A stretch of 62,982 nucleotides of DNA, the filler included, from Octopus bimaculoides (taxonomy: Eukaryota), in the NCBI RefSeq assembly GCF_001194135.2. It is 8 parts of 7 records of this genome, joined end to end, with 100 filler letters (N's around TTAATTAATTAA, not from the genome) between each part and the next. Parts side by side here need not be neighbours in the genome. Positions count along the whole stretch, not along the records: positions 16,243 to 32,438 come from NC_068984.1; positions 32,539 to 43,679 come from NC_068984.1; 6 more parts are not named here. The stretch is one strand, 5' to 3'. Positions 26,845-40,303 of the stretch are shown piece by piece (within the stretch, counting starts at the first letter, position 1; every line of letters begins with the position of its first letter). The notes beneath the pieces were generated by a model. That model ran no database searches. It was given only the letters and a program-made list of their open reading frames with translations, and was not told the DNA's origin. A program made the translations under genes and the position numbers.

Positions 26845-27790
26845 GCCTTTCGCCATTTTTGAGACAACTTCATGATCCGATTCTCCTAGAACTTGGCATC
26901 TTTCTGGGCCATGAACTGGTCTAAGTGGTTTTTACAGACTTTCAAAGAATTGAAGTTCTTCTTATTAAGGGAATTTTGTCGGGATCGAAATAAATGGTAA
27001 TCTGAGAGTGTAAAGTGAGGTGAGTACGGCGGGTGTGAAGAACATCCAACCAAGTTGTACCAATTTCTACCGGGTTTGCAACGAACACGAGGTGTAGAGT
27101 TGTCCTGAAAGAAGATGACATCCTTCCGATTGACTGGTTCTGGACTTTCTCTATCGATTTCCTCCTTTAATCGGTCTACCTAAGAACAATAATTGCCTGA
27201 ATTCAACGTCTTATTTTGCAGAAGGAACTGATAACATACAATGTCCTTCCAGTCCCACCAGATTCCAAGTATCACCTATTTCAGATGCTAGTCGGCTTTT
27301 GAAATGATTCAAGGTGTTTATTTCATTTTCTTCAGGACCTTTTATGTTCCACGTTGTTGTAAACGATCCATTTTTCATGATTGTTCTTTTTAGAAAAATG
27401 GGTTGTTTTGTCGTAGATGGGAATGCGGTTCATTAAACTTTTTTCAGTTAATTTATGAGGCACCCAAGCATCATAATGATTCACGCATACAAGTGTTTTT
27501 AAATTCCTCATAACGCACATGAAATATGTGGTGTATCTCATGTCGTATAACCTGGATTATTTTTGATTAGCGTTTCAATTTGCTCATCATCAACGACTCT
27601 AGGCCTCCCGGAATATTCACGGTCTTCTAAATCAGAACTTTCTTTTCTAAGCCTAGCGAACTATTAACGAACAGTCCTCTCAGCTATGCCATATCTATAA
27701 ACAAAATATATTTTTGTCGTATGTATAGCGTTTTTTTTCTTCCTTTTTTTCGTAAATAAAAGAGTATCAAATGAAGAAAATTTATCTCAT
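26845..27790 (-). mobile_element. Degraded mariner transposon
   Basis: WVPHKLTEK, EKWIVYNNV, and DAKF*ENRIMKLSQKWRKAV C-terminus. Confidence 0.85.
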
Positions 27791-27998
27791 TTTCCTCCAT
27801 TTTCACTTTTAATGTAGAAGCAGTCGAAATAAACTATCCACACAGGCATGTTGAAATGTCACCTTTCAGAAAATATATATATATGTTATATATTTCTGTC
27901 ACCTGAGAAATGATACAATGTCTTTAAACGCTTCCAATTGAATCGAAAAACGGCATAAACTTTTGTTCAAACCCAGTATAAGCGTACGTGTGTGCGTT

Positions 27999-28050
<52 letters not shown>

Positions 28051-28060
28051 NNNNNNNNNN

Positions 28061-28111
<51 letters not shown>

Positions 28112-28479
28112 TGTGTATATTTACATATACGTATGTGCATTTGTGTAAGTATGTATATAAGCTTTCGATTGTTTGTATGCCTATTTTTATTACATTTTCT
28201 GGCAAATTCATTTTTCATTGATTTAAAAAAATTATCAGTTATCTTTTCTTTAAATTGTGGCAACAGAAATTTGTAAACAGCAGGAAACTGTGTACTGGAT
28301 AAAATTAACTCTGCTCTCTAAAAGCGAAATAAAAAAAGAAGAGAAAAATGCCCCAGCAAATAAAGGAATAAAAGAATACATACATACTGGCAGACAGACA
28401 GACGCTTAGAGATAGTGAGCGAAGAAAGAAAAATGAGTAAATCCATACAGTGAAATAAACATTAAAAAATAAATTCATG

Positions 28480-29195
28480 AAGAGAGTAATATTGACATGA
28501 ACGAAGCTTCTCTTGGACTCGAGACCGCTACATCACATCACGGGTTATGCATTTGCAATTTGAGAACACGAGATTGCTACAAAATACCTAATAAACAAAA
28601 AAGACAGTGAAGCCCTTGGAGCTTTCAGGTGCAACCGAAAGTGAAAATTATGTCATATTTCTGTGGAAGACATTACATATATGATAAGCAGCTTTCCCTA
28701 TATGACACGACGTTGTCGTAAAAACAATATACAATGCCATTCGGAAAAAATACTGCCCTGAAATAAATATAGAGAGTTACCTTTTATTGAATGCATACAC
28801 AAACATCAACACAAGGAATGTTGGTGGAACATTACCATCAAAACACCTGTCAAGTATAAACATAACAGGCCGGATATTGTTTAGGACGGACAAGAAAACA
28901 TATACCATCGTAGACGTCAGCTGTCCTGCTGATGTGAATATCTCAAACCGAAGATAAAGACGATAACTATGGACAACTGCTTCGAAACTTCCAGTTTCTA
29001 TACCCAGATTATAACTTCACATTTATACCAATAATAATTGGTGCTCTTGGTTTTGTGTATAAATGCCTACGTGATAATCTGGATAAGCTAGGGTTTTCAG
29101 AAAAAGAAATCAACCAACTAATCTGCACATTAAAAAACACTATTTGTAAATGGAGCAGTAAAGATGTGCAAGACTTTTCTCAAGTTTAAAATGTC
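28480..29195 (+). mobile_element. 3' end of an RLE-type (R2/R4/NeSL group) non-LTR retrotransposon
   Basis: ET..H..C zinc-knuckle remnant, RHDVV, WWNITIKTPVKYKHNRPDIV, IVDVSCPAD, IPIIIGALG: PD-(D/E)xK restriction-like endonuclease signature. Confidence 0.8.
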
Positions 29196-30600
29196 ACATT
29201 GTTTTTGTTGTTTACATTCCAACGATTGAGCTTTGTAATCTTTGTTAGAAACAAGCTCCTTCCTCAGAGGAAGATTTCAAATAGTGAAAACAGAACACAC
29301 ACACATACACACACACACATATATATGGATACATACATTCACACACAAAGCCACAGACACAGGCACGCACATACACTGACACACACAGACACAGACACAA
29401 ACACACATACACTCACACACTCACACACACACAGACACACACATACACACACACACATACACACACATTTGTATTTGGTTTCAATGTATGACTAAATTCC
29501 ACATGTTGATACCGTTATTGTTATTATGTTTAATGAACTGATAAAATCATGAAAAGGAATGATTTTTACACATCGAGATGAATGAACAGGGTGGAGCCGC
29601 AACAGTTGAGATGTCAGAAGAATACATGTAAATATAGGGAGATAGGGAGACTGGGCGACTGGGAGGGAGAGAGAGGTTTGGAGAGAACAGCGAAAAGCTG
29701 AGCAGTTGGAACAAGATGAAAAGTGAGAAAAATGGAAACAGGAAGATATGTGGTGGGGGGAGAGGCAAAAAAGATGCTTAGTGATAGTGAGAGAAGAAAG
29801 AAAACCGACTAAATTCACACTGTGAAATAAATAGATACATACAGGTAGATTCTGTATATGTTCGCATACCTGTATATATGTTTGCATGTGTATTGATATA
29901 TATANNNNNNNNNNNNNNNNNNNNNNNNNNNNNNNNNNNNNNNNNNNNNNNNNNNNNNNNNNNNNNNNNNNNNNNNNNNNNNNNNNNNNNNNNNNNNTAT
30001 ATATATATTTAATATAATATATATATATTTAATATAATATATGTGTGTGTACACAGACACATACATACGTACATACATACATGCAAACATACATATATGT
30101 GTGTACAGAGAGAGTAAGAGAGAGAGAGTGGGAGAGAGAGACACAGTGAGACAGAGTATTGTGTGTGCGTGTGTAAGAGAGAGAGAGAGAAAGAGAGAGG
30201 GGGAGAGAGATGGTAAGATGTCCTTCATAGAAAGAAAGATATTTGTACAGCGATAGATTCAGAATGATCGTAGAAATAGAAAGAGAGAGAGGAAGAAAAA
30301 AAGGGTAGTTTGAAGGGATTGGTGTACGGGAAAATAATGAGAAAAAGGCACAAAACTGGTGAACAGGCAGAGGAATGAATATCGTGCATGGATGCACAAG
30401 CGTATACACCCGCACATACACACACGCACACACACATGCACACACACGCACGCACACGCAGACGCGCGCGCAACACACACAAGAAATGATAGATCGATTA
30501 ATGTAGAAATATAATTCTGCCCTATAAAGTGATATCAGAATACAGGAAATAGCAAAATGAAAGTAAGAAATGACAATAAAATATATCAAACGATATATGT

Positions 30601-30635
<35 letters not shown>

Positions 30636-31502
30636 NNNNNNNNNNNNNNNNNNNNNNNNNNNNNNNNNNNNNNNNNNNNNNNNNNNNNNNNNNNNNNNNN
30701 NNNNNNNNNNNNNNNNNNNNNNNNNNNNNNNNNNNNNNNNNNNNNNNNNNNNNNNNNNNNNNNNNNNNNNNNNNNNNNNNNNNNNNNNNNNNNNNNNNNN
30801 NNNNNNNNNNNNNNNNNNNNNNNNNNNNNNNNNNNNNNNNNNNNNNNNNNNNNNNNNNNNNNNNNNNNNNNNNNNNNNNNNNNNNNNNNNNNNNNNNNNN
30901 NNNNNNNNNNNNNNNNNNNNNNNNNNNNNNNNNNNNNNNNNNNNNNNNNNNNNNNNNNNNNNNNNNNNNNNNNNNNNNNNNNNNNNNNNNNNNNNNNNNN
31001 NNNNNNNNNNNNNNNNNNNNNNNNNNNNNNNNNNNNNNNNNNNNNNNNNNNNNNNNNNNNNNNNNNNNNNNNNNNNNNNNNNNNNNNNNNNNNNNNNNNN
31101 NNNNNNNNNNATATATATATATATATATGTACACCAAAATGCATACGCATGAATGTAATATGTAATAATTACACACACACACACGCACACACGCATTCAC
31201 ACGCGCGGGCGCGCATACACACACTAACACATTATTTGCTTCCTCATTTGAAATCATCATCAGTTACAATACGAATGGAGTAAGCTCAATATATCGGCGT
31301 GAATTCGGAAATAGATTAGGAAAGCAAAATGAAAAATAAAGTATGCTCGTGGCATGAGAAATTCCGGGCTGTAATGTTTGTCGCTATCACCCTCAAGGAC
31401 GAACTAGCTCATAAGCTTACGAAAGCATTACACAAAACAAAATTTGAAATTAAAGTAGTAGAATAAGAGAACATATTTATTAAATCATTAATTATTAGGT
31501 CA

Positions 31503-31534
31503 CTAGCTGGCCCCATGCCGTCGTAAATGACGGC
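31503..31534 (-). mobile_element. Helitron-type 3' terminus
   Basis: Minus strand GCCGTC-atttac-GACGGC hairpin, 10 nt, CTAG followed by T. Confidence 0.6.
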
Positions 31535-32230
31535 TAATTGTTGTATTTTATATATAAATAAGGTACAAAATAATCACAGATACAAACATTCACATAATTC
31601 CCTTTTACACGTACACACATACGCACATATGCTCACACAGAGCTGAAACGCTGTTTGATTTTTCTTTTCACCACCCTACTTCTATTGCACACACACACAC
31701 TTCTTCCTCTGGCGCTGCCAAGGACGGAATGATATCAATGTTAAAAGCGCGAAACATGACTGATGAGGAATCAGCTGCAAAATTTCCGTGTGTAATGTTT
31801 TTGTCTATTTTTCCGTTTGCTTTTGTTAATTTTCCGTCTTTATATTTTCGTCAAATTTTTCTATTCAGCCCTTAATGATAACCGCGAAATTCTGTCTGTC
31901 CATCCGTTCGGGCCCCCTGTATCTCAGTCTATATTTGCTCTACATAGGCATATTATACCTTCTTGGAATCAGGATGATCGGATTGTAAATCTGTCCAACA
32001 TTTGGTTCTTGAACATTCAGTATTGGGATCAGGTCTAGATGAGGATTCGTTGCATGCTAACAGTTGAAAATTAAAATTTTAAAACAACTCCCCAAATTTC
32101 TGAACTTGCAAGTTTTTCATATAAACTGAATTTAAAGTAATATCATATTGGTGGAGTAATACCACATTAGCTTTATTATTATTTCCCACTTATGTTTTGG
32201 CCCGCAGGTCCAATTAGCTCTCCGCAGGAG

Positions 32231-32270
32231 CTAGCTTAAAAGTCTGCACATAGTGCGGCTTTTAAGCTAG
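32231..32270. other. 40-bp palindrome bounded by CTAG; Helitron-like 3' end on + strand
   Basis: CTAGCTTAAAAG..GCAC-ata-GTGC..CTTTTAAGCTAG|T. Confidence 0.55.
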
Positions 32271-32281
32271 TATATATATAT

Positions 32282-32324
<43 letters not shown>

Positions 32325-32438
32325 CAGGCATGGCTGTATGGTAAGAAGCTTGCTTCCCAGCCAAAGGGTTCTGGGTTCAGTCCCACTGCGTGACACCTTG
32401 GGCAAGTATCTTCTACTATAGCCTCGACTGATCAAAGC
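32325..32438 (+). mobile_element. SINE family A head (runs into gap)
   Basis: gcaggcatggctgtatggtaagaagcttgcttccc. Confidence 0.85.
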
Positions 32439-32538
32439 NNNNNNNNNNNNNNNNNNNNNNNNNNNNNNNNNNNNNNNNNNNNTTAATTAATTAANNNNNN
32501 NNNNNNNNNNNNNNNNNNNNNNNNNNNNNNNNNNNNNN

Positions 32539-32731
32539 TGACACGTAAAAGCACCCACTACACTCTCTGAGTGGTTGGCGTTAGGAAGGGCATCCAGCTG
32601 TAGAAACTCTGCCAAATCAGACTGGAGCCTGGTGTTGCCATCCGGTTTCACCAGTCCTCAGTCAAATCGTCCAACCCATGCTAGCATGGAAAGCGGACGT
32701 TAAACGATGATGATGATGATGATGATGATGA
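32539..32731 (+). mobile_element. SINE/RTE-type 3' tail ending (GAT)n (family D)
   Basis: gtggttggcgttaggaagggcatccagctgtagaaac..ccaacccatgctagcatggaa..(gat)n; also at 58600-59185 and 37565-37617. Confidence 0.75.
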
Positions 32732-33709
32732 TATATATGCATGTATCTTTGTGTGTGTGTCTGTACCTACATATTTCTCTGTGTGTTTGGGTGAGTATGT
32801 GTATGCATGTACATATATATGTGTGTATGTATTTATGCATGTATATATGGGATAGATTTCTGCTCAAAATGGTCATATAGCAGTATTATTCTGTTTCCCC
32901 TAAATTATTCTTCACAGCCTTCTTAGAAGTGTTTTGTAAAACTACACTGTTAAGGAAGACAAAATGGGGAATTGAAATGAAAAGATAAGAAATAAAAAAT
33001 CTAATTTACTCCTTATATAATTTATTTCTTTATCTAATATTTTGATAAATTATTCAATTATTTCAAAAGCAATGAAGTAAATACACATAAAAAAAACAAA
33101 TATATATAAATTTGAAAAGTTGGCAAATCGTTCTCCTGATATCATCAAAGTGGTGAGATGAGTGCTATTGATTTCAAAGTGAAAAGAACCTCTTCTGAAC
33201 TGTGTGCGCATACACACACGCACGCACAGATTTTAACGTTTATGAAGTGAAATTACTCAGCTAGGAAAGAAAGTGTTATTTATACAGACATCTTGCCGGA
33301 TGCTTACTCTGTTCTGTACTTCTTTTCCAAAAAACACATCGGTTCTTTTGTAAACTTAGATGCCCTATTATATATGATTACTAATTATCCTCTTCCTTCT
33401 CCCCCTCATCATCATTTAATGTCTATCTTCTATGCTCGTATCAGTCAGATAGTTGAACTGGATTTGACCGGCTCAAGGACCACATCATGCTCCAGTGTCT
33501 GCTTTGGTATGGTTTCTGCAATTGGATGCCCTTCATAATGCCAACCGCATTGCAGAGCACTCTCGGTACATTTGTTCATGGCACAAGCTCAAATGAGGTT
33601 ACTGTCCCTGCTCAATAGTATATCGAATATTCAATGTCATATGGTATATTTGCAAATGTAGCTTCCCTTTGAACTAGAGATCTATTGGTCATGTCCCATC
33701 TGTGAGTAT

Positions 33710-34037
33710 TTTGTTTTTTTTCCGCCCTTTTAAAGCCTAGCCAGGCTCATGGGCCCGGTTTCCCGGTTTCTATAGCGTATGTGTCCCCCCCCCACCACCA
33801 CCACCAGCTGGACGGGATGCCAGTCCATCGCAGCATTACTCAAGAAACAGGAAGAAAGAGTGAGAGAAAGTTGGCGTGAAAGGGTACAACAGGGGTCGCC
33901 GCCACCCCCTGCCAGAGTCTCGTGGAGCTTGAGGTGTTTTTGCTCAATAAACACACATAACGCCTGGTCTGGGAATCGAAACCGCGATCCTCCGACTGCG
34001 AGTCTGCTGCCCTAACCACTGGGCCATTGCGCCTCTA
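33710..34037 (-). mobile_element. SINE family C alternative-tail copy with 13-bp TSD
   Basis: TSD CATCTGTGAGTAT at 33697-33709 and 34038-34050. Confidence 0.9.
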
Positions 34038-34224
34038 CATCTGTGAGTATATTGCTGTTTTATTTTTTGTGTGACAATCCCTTAGAATGGTTGCTACATA
34101 AAAGAGGTCAGTTAATTTTTCCTTATAAAATTGGTGTTCTATGTACTCAAAAGCCTTTAAGAAGGGTTCAAGGTGGCAAACTACCAAAGTTGTTAGCATG
34201 CTAGGCACAATGCCCAATGGCATT

Positions 34225-34380
34225 TTGTCTGTCTTTACATTCTGGGTTCAAATGCCACCAGGATCAACTTTGCTTTGCATCCTTTTGGGGTTGATAAAAT
34301 AAGTACCAGCTGAACACTGGGGGTTGATGTCATCAACTTAGCCCGTCTCTCGAAATTGCTGGCCTTGCGCCAAAATTTTA
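34225..34380 (+). mobile_element. SINE family B, diverged
   Basis: ttttgtctgtctttacattctgggttcaaat..gctggccttgcgccaaaattt. Confidence 0.75.
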
Positions 34381-34384
34381 TAGG

Positions 34385-34800
34385 TTTCCACACAGTTCAT
34401 ATCTGCTTGATTTCATTAACAAAACTCAATTTGACTTGCGGTATCAGTAAAAGACACTAATTGGTCAAGACACATAACAGTAAAGATTGAACTCAAGTTC
34501 TCATGGTTGCTAAGCTAACTTCTTAGCCACATAATCATGCCTGCACTCATTAACCTTTTTTATACCAACCAGCTCAAAGCCACCCTAGGTTCTCTAGTTT
34601 AAGGTGATTTGATTTAATGTTTTCTATTAAAATTTCATATTAATTAAAGTTTTGAGTTCAAATTCCGCTGAGGTCACCTTTGCCTTTCATTCTTTCAGGG
34701 TCGATAAAATAGGTAGCAGTTATGCACTGGGGATGCAGTAATTGACTTAGCCCCTCCTTGTAAATTACTGGCCTTTGCCAAATTTTAAACTAATAATACT
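34385..34800. repeat. Composite segment (SINE A head, TTAA-CC terminus, SINE B), inverted duplicate of about 41225-41620
   Basis: gattgaactcaagttctca..gctaagctaacttcttagccacataa..tgcactcattaa matches the reverse complement of 41452-41521. Confidence 0.75.
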
Positions 34801-35148
34801 TCAATGTATATTGGCATAAACTGGCACCAGACAAGATGTCTTTTAGTTTCATTCTGTTCACCTGGAATTCCAGAAAGTTAAAATTCCACTTATGATCCCT
34901 CCAAATTCAATGAAGAACATACCTGTGGTACCTTGGGGCTTAATTCAATCTACCATATATCATAGTCTCCGATGAATTCACAGGAATCTATGACTTAGTG
35001 CTAACATAAGAAATTAAAAATTACATTTTTGAAAATGTTCTGTTTCATTACTTCTCCCCAAGGATTCTTTCTGCCTATTTTGTGTATTGCATATATAGCT
35101 AAATTACATGTAATGTAATTGTAAACACACACAAACATACATAAATAA

Positions 35149-35179
<31 letters not shown>

Positions 35180-35416
35180 NNNNNNNNNNNNNNNNNNNNA
35201 AATTTCAAAATTATTTTTCTTCCACAAAGGAGCATCCTACTTGAAGTCTTTGTATCTGTTACTTTTTTCTAACTATAACATCAGCATATCCCTATATTTT
35301 TTAGGTTTTTGAATATATATTTTTCTCATTTCATTATGCCAAAGAACACCCAGTATTCCTGCAAAGCAATGAGGTAGCCCCTCAATCTTGTAGAAATAAC
35401 AGAGAGAGCAATTTCT

Positions 35417-35645
35417 TATTTCTTTATTGCCCACAAGGGGCTAAACACAGAGGGGACAAACAAGGACAGACAAAGGGATTAAGTCGATTATATTGACCCC
35501 AGTGCGTAACTGGTACTTAATTTATCGACCCCGAAAGGACGAAAGGCAAAGTTGACCTCAGCGGAATTTGAACTCAGAACGTAACGGCAGACGAAATACC
35601 GCTAAGCATTTTGCCCAGCGTGCCAACATTTCTGCCAGCTCACCG
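35417..35645 (-). mobile_element. SINE family B copy with 17-bp TSD
   Basis: TSD CAGAGAGAGCAATTTCT at 35400-35416 and 35646-35662. Confidence 0.9.
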
Positions 35646-35656
35646 CAGAGAGAGCA

Positions 35657-35830
35657 ATTTCTGTCTACCAAATCCACTCACAAGGCTTTGGTCAGCCCGT
35701 GGCTATAGCAGAAGACATTATTTACCCAAGACGCCACATAAAGCACCTTTGGCAAATGTACCATGCAGTAGATCTGAACTCTGAACCATGTGTTTGGGAA
35801 GCAAACTTCTTACCACACAGACACACCTCC
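35657..35830 (-). mobile_element. SINE family A 5' half
   Basis: gtctaccaaatccactcacaaggctttggtc..cttaccacacag. Confidence 0.8.
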
Positions 35831-36131
35831 TAACATTCTCTGCTCCATGGCTGGCGCTTGGGAAACTTAACGACCTACTGAATTATTTTGGCATTTATTA
35901 AGTCCTTGCTCACCAGGTGGATGACTTTTTTTCATTATTTTGTGGAGGCAGTGAAGTCGAATGTGTTTTTAAGGTGTCAAGTGTAAAGGTGTAGGGCATA
36001 ATTTTAACTGAATTGTACAGTAATAAGTAATTTCCTCGAGCTCCAGTAGTCCCATCGGATGGGCTTAAAGATCCAACATATGTCTGCCTACTTAATTTGT
36101 TATCATGATGTATTTGGTTTATGCTCTGTGT

Positions 36132-36171
<40 letters not shown>

Positions 36172-36821
36172 TTGTGTTGTGTATGTGTGTATATACACAC
36201 ATATACATACGTATATGTACATTTATACACACACTTATACTTATATACATTTGTATGTATACCTACCCATGCATATATGTATATATAAATATGTACCTAT
36301 ATATATGTATATATATATTGTGTTTATGTATAGACATATGTGTTTACATATATGTGTTCATATGTGTGTGTATGCATATATATATATACTTGTATATATC
36401 ATATATGTATATATATATATATATATTTGTATATATTATATATTATATATATATGTATGTATGTGTATGTGTGTGTGTATATGCATATGTGTATCTATTA
36501 GTGGGAACTGGAGAAGCAGAAGAAAACAGAATTATACATACATACATACATACATACACACTAAAATAAAAAAAACAAATAAAGTAAGTAAAAATTAAAA
36601 TATATGCATATGAAAAGAAAAAGAATAACAAGTGAGACTTTCTTGGGATCTGCTGTGTTCTCCATTTGGTAGCACTACACATTCCATAAGACTTTCTAAA
36701 GAAATGTCAACTTGTCAAAGCAAAAATTAAGAACCCACTAACAGCTGTTTTATTTTATATAGCGCTGTGGGGAGGGTGTTATTTATTTATTTAGTCGGTT
36801 AGTTAGGGAGCTATGGGGTCA

Positions 36822-36859
<38 letters not shown>

Positions 36860-37080
36860 CTTTTCCAAATACACAAACACAAACATATACACACGCATTC
36901 ACACACATATGCGTGCACACACTTGTACAAAAGCGCATACATACACACATATATAGAGAAATGAAATCTCAGCTATTANNNNNNNNNNNNNNNNNNNNNN
37001 NNNNNNNNNNNNNNNNNNNNNNNNNNNNNNNNNNNNNNNNNNNNNNNNNNNNNNNNNNNNNNNNNNNNNNNNNNNNNNNN

Positions 37081-37122
<42 letters not shown>

Positions 37123-37692
37123 CTTTTCCAAATACACAAACACAAACATATACACACGCATTCACACACATATGCGTGCACACACTTGTACAAAAGCGCA
37201 TACATACACACATATATAGAGAAATGAAATCTCAGCTATTACTTGGTGAATTTGCTTGTACACACAAACATATATGCTTCTGTATACATACAAATGTATT
37301 GATATCTGTGTAAATGTGTGTGACTGTGTGTGTGTGTGTGTCCCCTCACTATTGATCTGATAATTCTGCTTCTCTGCCCCCCACCCTTGAATCCCCACAC
37401 CTTGGACTCGTCTTTTGTTTTCCTTTTATATCACACTTTGCTAACTGGTTCCCCTCCATGTACCGTTCCTAAACATAAAGAAGAAGCAAATTTCAGGAAC
37501 TTAGTACTTAATCCATTACAACCATATATGTCTGTATCTGTGTGTGTGTGTGTGTAGACATAACGTTGTCATCATCATCATTGTACAACAGTCATCTTCC
37601 ATGCTGGCATGGGTTGGAAGAATTCAAGAGAAACTAATGAACCAGAGGAATTCGCCAAGATCCAATGTATGCATGCATATATATATATATAT

Positions 37693-38090
37693 AGGAGCGG
37701 AAGTGGCTGTGTGGTAAGTAGCTTGCTTACCAACCACATGGTTCCGAGTTCAGTCCCACTGCATGGCACCTTGGGCAAGTGTCTTCTACTATAGCCTCAG
37801 GCCGACCAAAGCCTTGTGAGTGGATTTGGTAGACGGAAACTGAAAGAAGCCTGTCGTATATATGTATATGTATACATATATGTGTGTTTGTGTGTCTGTG
37901 TTTGTCTCCCCAACATCGCTTGACAACCGATGCTGGTGTGTTTACGTCCCCGTAGCTTTGTGGTTCGGCAAAATAGATCGATAGAATAAGTACTAGGCTT
38001 ACAAAGAATAAGTCCTGGGTTCAATTTGCTCAACTAAAGGTGGTGCTCCAGCATGGCCGCAGTCAAATGACTGAAACAAGTAAAGGCGTA
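37693..38090 (+). mobile_element. SINE family A full-length copy
   Basis: Complete head to tail. Confidence 0.9.
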
Positions 38091-38691
38091 AAAGAGAGTA
38101 AGACAGTGTATATATGTGTGTGTATATATATATGTGTGTTTGTGTGTGAATGTATACATATACGCATGTGTATACATGTATACAGAGAGAGAGAAGAACG
38201 TATAAATATGTACACATATACACAAGTGTGTATGTGTGTGTATTCATGGTTGGAGTGGTTGTTTTCTTTCTTCTTCTTTCCTTTATCTTGTGTAACTATT
38301 TGTTTCCTCCACGTGGCTAGGATTTCTGATTCCTTACCAGATTCTTTTATATTCCATCTCCCTCTCTTTCTCTTTATCTCCCCGTCTTTTTCTTTGTTTT
38401 GGTATTCCAGTATTCTCTTCGTATTTCCTTCTGCACCACCCTCTTCCTCTAAAAAAACCAATTCCATCTTAATTAAAATATAACTCTCTGACTTGCACTC
38501 TGCCGTTCGCACCCCTTCCTCTCTTCCCCTTCTCCCTCTTCTGCCTCTTTTCATCTCTTATAAAGTAATGTCTCGTTTTCCAGTTTCACCTATGTTGTTA
38601 ATATAAAATAAACAGAGAAACAGAGAATTTGACTATATTGCAGTGGACTGGTAATGTAAATCCACACGCATATAATACATACATATATATA

Positions 38692-38722
<31 letters not shown>

Positions 38723-38854
38723 ATATATAAATATATATACGTATGTATATATACACACACACATATATGTATTTACATACATATATATATATATATATAC
38801 ACTTATATATGTATGTATATATATCTAGATATAGATAGATAGATATACATATAA

Positions 38855-38888
<34 letters not shown>

Positions 38889-39840
38889 NNNNNNNNNNNN
38901 NNNNNNNNNNNNNNNNNNNNNNNNNNNNNNNNNNNNNNNNNNNNNNNNNNNNNNNNNNNNNNNNNNNNNNNNNNNNNNNNNNNNNNNNNNNNNNNNNNNN
39001 NNNNNNNNNNNNNNNNNNNNNNNNNNNNNNNNNNNNNNNNNNNNNNNNNNNNNNNNNNNNNNNNNNNNNNNNNNNNNNNNNNNNNNNNNNNNNNNNNNNN
39101 NNNNNNNNNNNNNNNNNNNNNNNNNNNNNNNNNNNNNNNNNNNNNNNNNNNNNNNNNNNNNNNNNNNNNNNNNNNNNNNNNNNNNNNNNNNNNNNNNNNN
39201 NNNNNNNNNNNNNNNNNNNNNNNNNNNNNNNNNNNNNNNNNNNNNNNNNNNNNNNNNNNNNNNNNNNNNNNNNNNNNNNNNNNNNNNNNNNNNNNNNNNN
39301 NNNNNNNNNNNNNNNNNNNNNNNNNNNNNNNNNNNNNNNNNNNNNNNNNNNNNNNNNNNNNNNNNNNNNNNNNNNNNNNNNNNNNNNNNNNNNNNNNNNN
39401 NNNNNNNNNNNNNNNNNNNNNNNNNNNNNNNNNNNNNNNNNNNNNNNNNNNNNNNNNNNNNNNNNNNNNNNNNNNNNNNNNNNNNNNNNNNNNNNNNNNN
39501 NNNNNNNNNNNNNNNNNNNNNNNNNNNNNNNNNNNNNNNNNNNNNNNNNNNNNNNNNNNNNNNNNNNNNNNNNNNNNNNNNNNNNNNNNNNNNNNNNNNN
39601 NNNNNNNNNNNNNNNNNNNNNNNNNNNNNNNNNNNNNNNNNNNNNNNNNNNNNNNNNNNNNNNNNNNNNNNNNNNNNNNNNNNNNNNNNNNNNNNNNNNN
39701 NNNNNNNNNNNNNNNNNNNNNNNNNNNNNNNNNNNNNNNNNNNNNNNNNNNNNNNNNNNNNNNNNNNNNNNNNNNNNNNNNNNNNNNNNNNNNNNNNNNN
39801 NNNNNNNNNNNNNNNNNNNNNNNNNNNNNNNNNNNNNNNN

Positions 39841-39909
<69 letters not shown>

Positions 39910-40303
39910 AAGATAGATAGCTAGATAGATAGATAGATAGATACAATGTTCATATAAAATATATGTAATGTATATAACTGAAAACTCTCTACATCTTTAC
40001 ACACACACACACATACACATACACACACATTTTGCATGAATGAAATGCCTGTATAAAGGCACATATTGTGTGCATGGTAGGATTTTTCCCTAGTGAGGCA
40101 TCACAGCACAAGGTCCCCATTATCACCAAAGTCCTTAGTTACTGAACAGTAAACTGTTGGAGAAATTCAGTAATATACATTTATTTATGCTAGACAGATT
40201 TATCTTAATTATCTCGCTATGTCGTCTATAAAACGTCTTCTCCCTCACAAACCTCTCTCTCTGTTAGTTTGCGTCTTATATGTGCTTGTTCGTGTATGTT
40301 TAA

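Noticed and set aside
31745-31790. GAAAC...CTGATGAG hammerhead-like words
   Set aside because: Order and spacing leave no room for helices I and III, and no helix II partner was found
36059-36598. Long ORFs rich in YI/CV/HT (here and throughout the ORF track)
   Set aside because: Translations of (TA)n, (TG)n and (CA)n microsatellites or N gaps; no coding signal
36831-37238. About 150-bp direct duplication around an N gap
   Set aside because: Identical copies on both sides of the gap indicate a contig-overlap artefact
38063-38554. Charged 163-aa minus-strand ORF
   Set aside because: Derived from a CT-rich low-complexity tract and microsatellites
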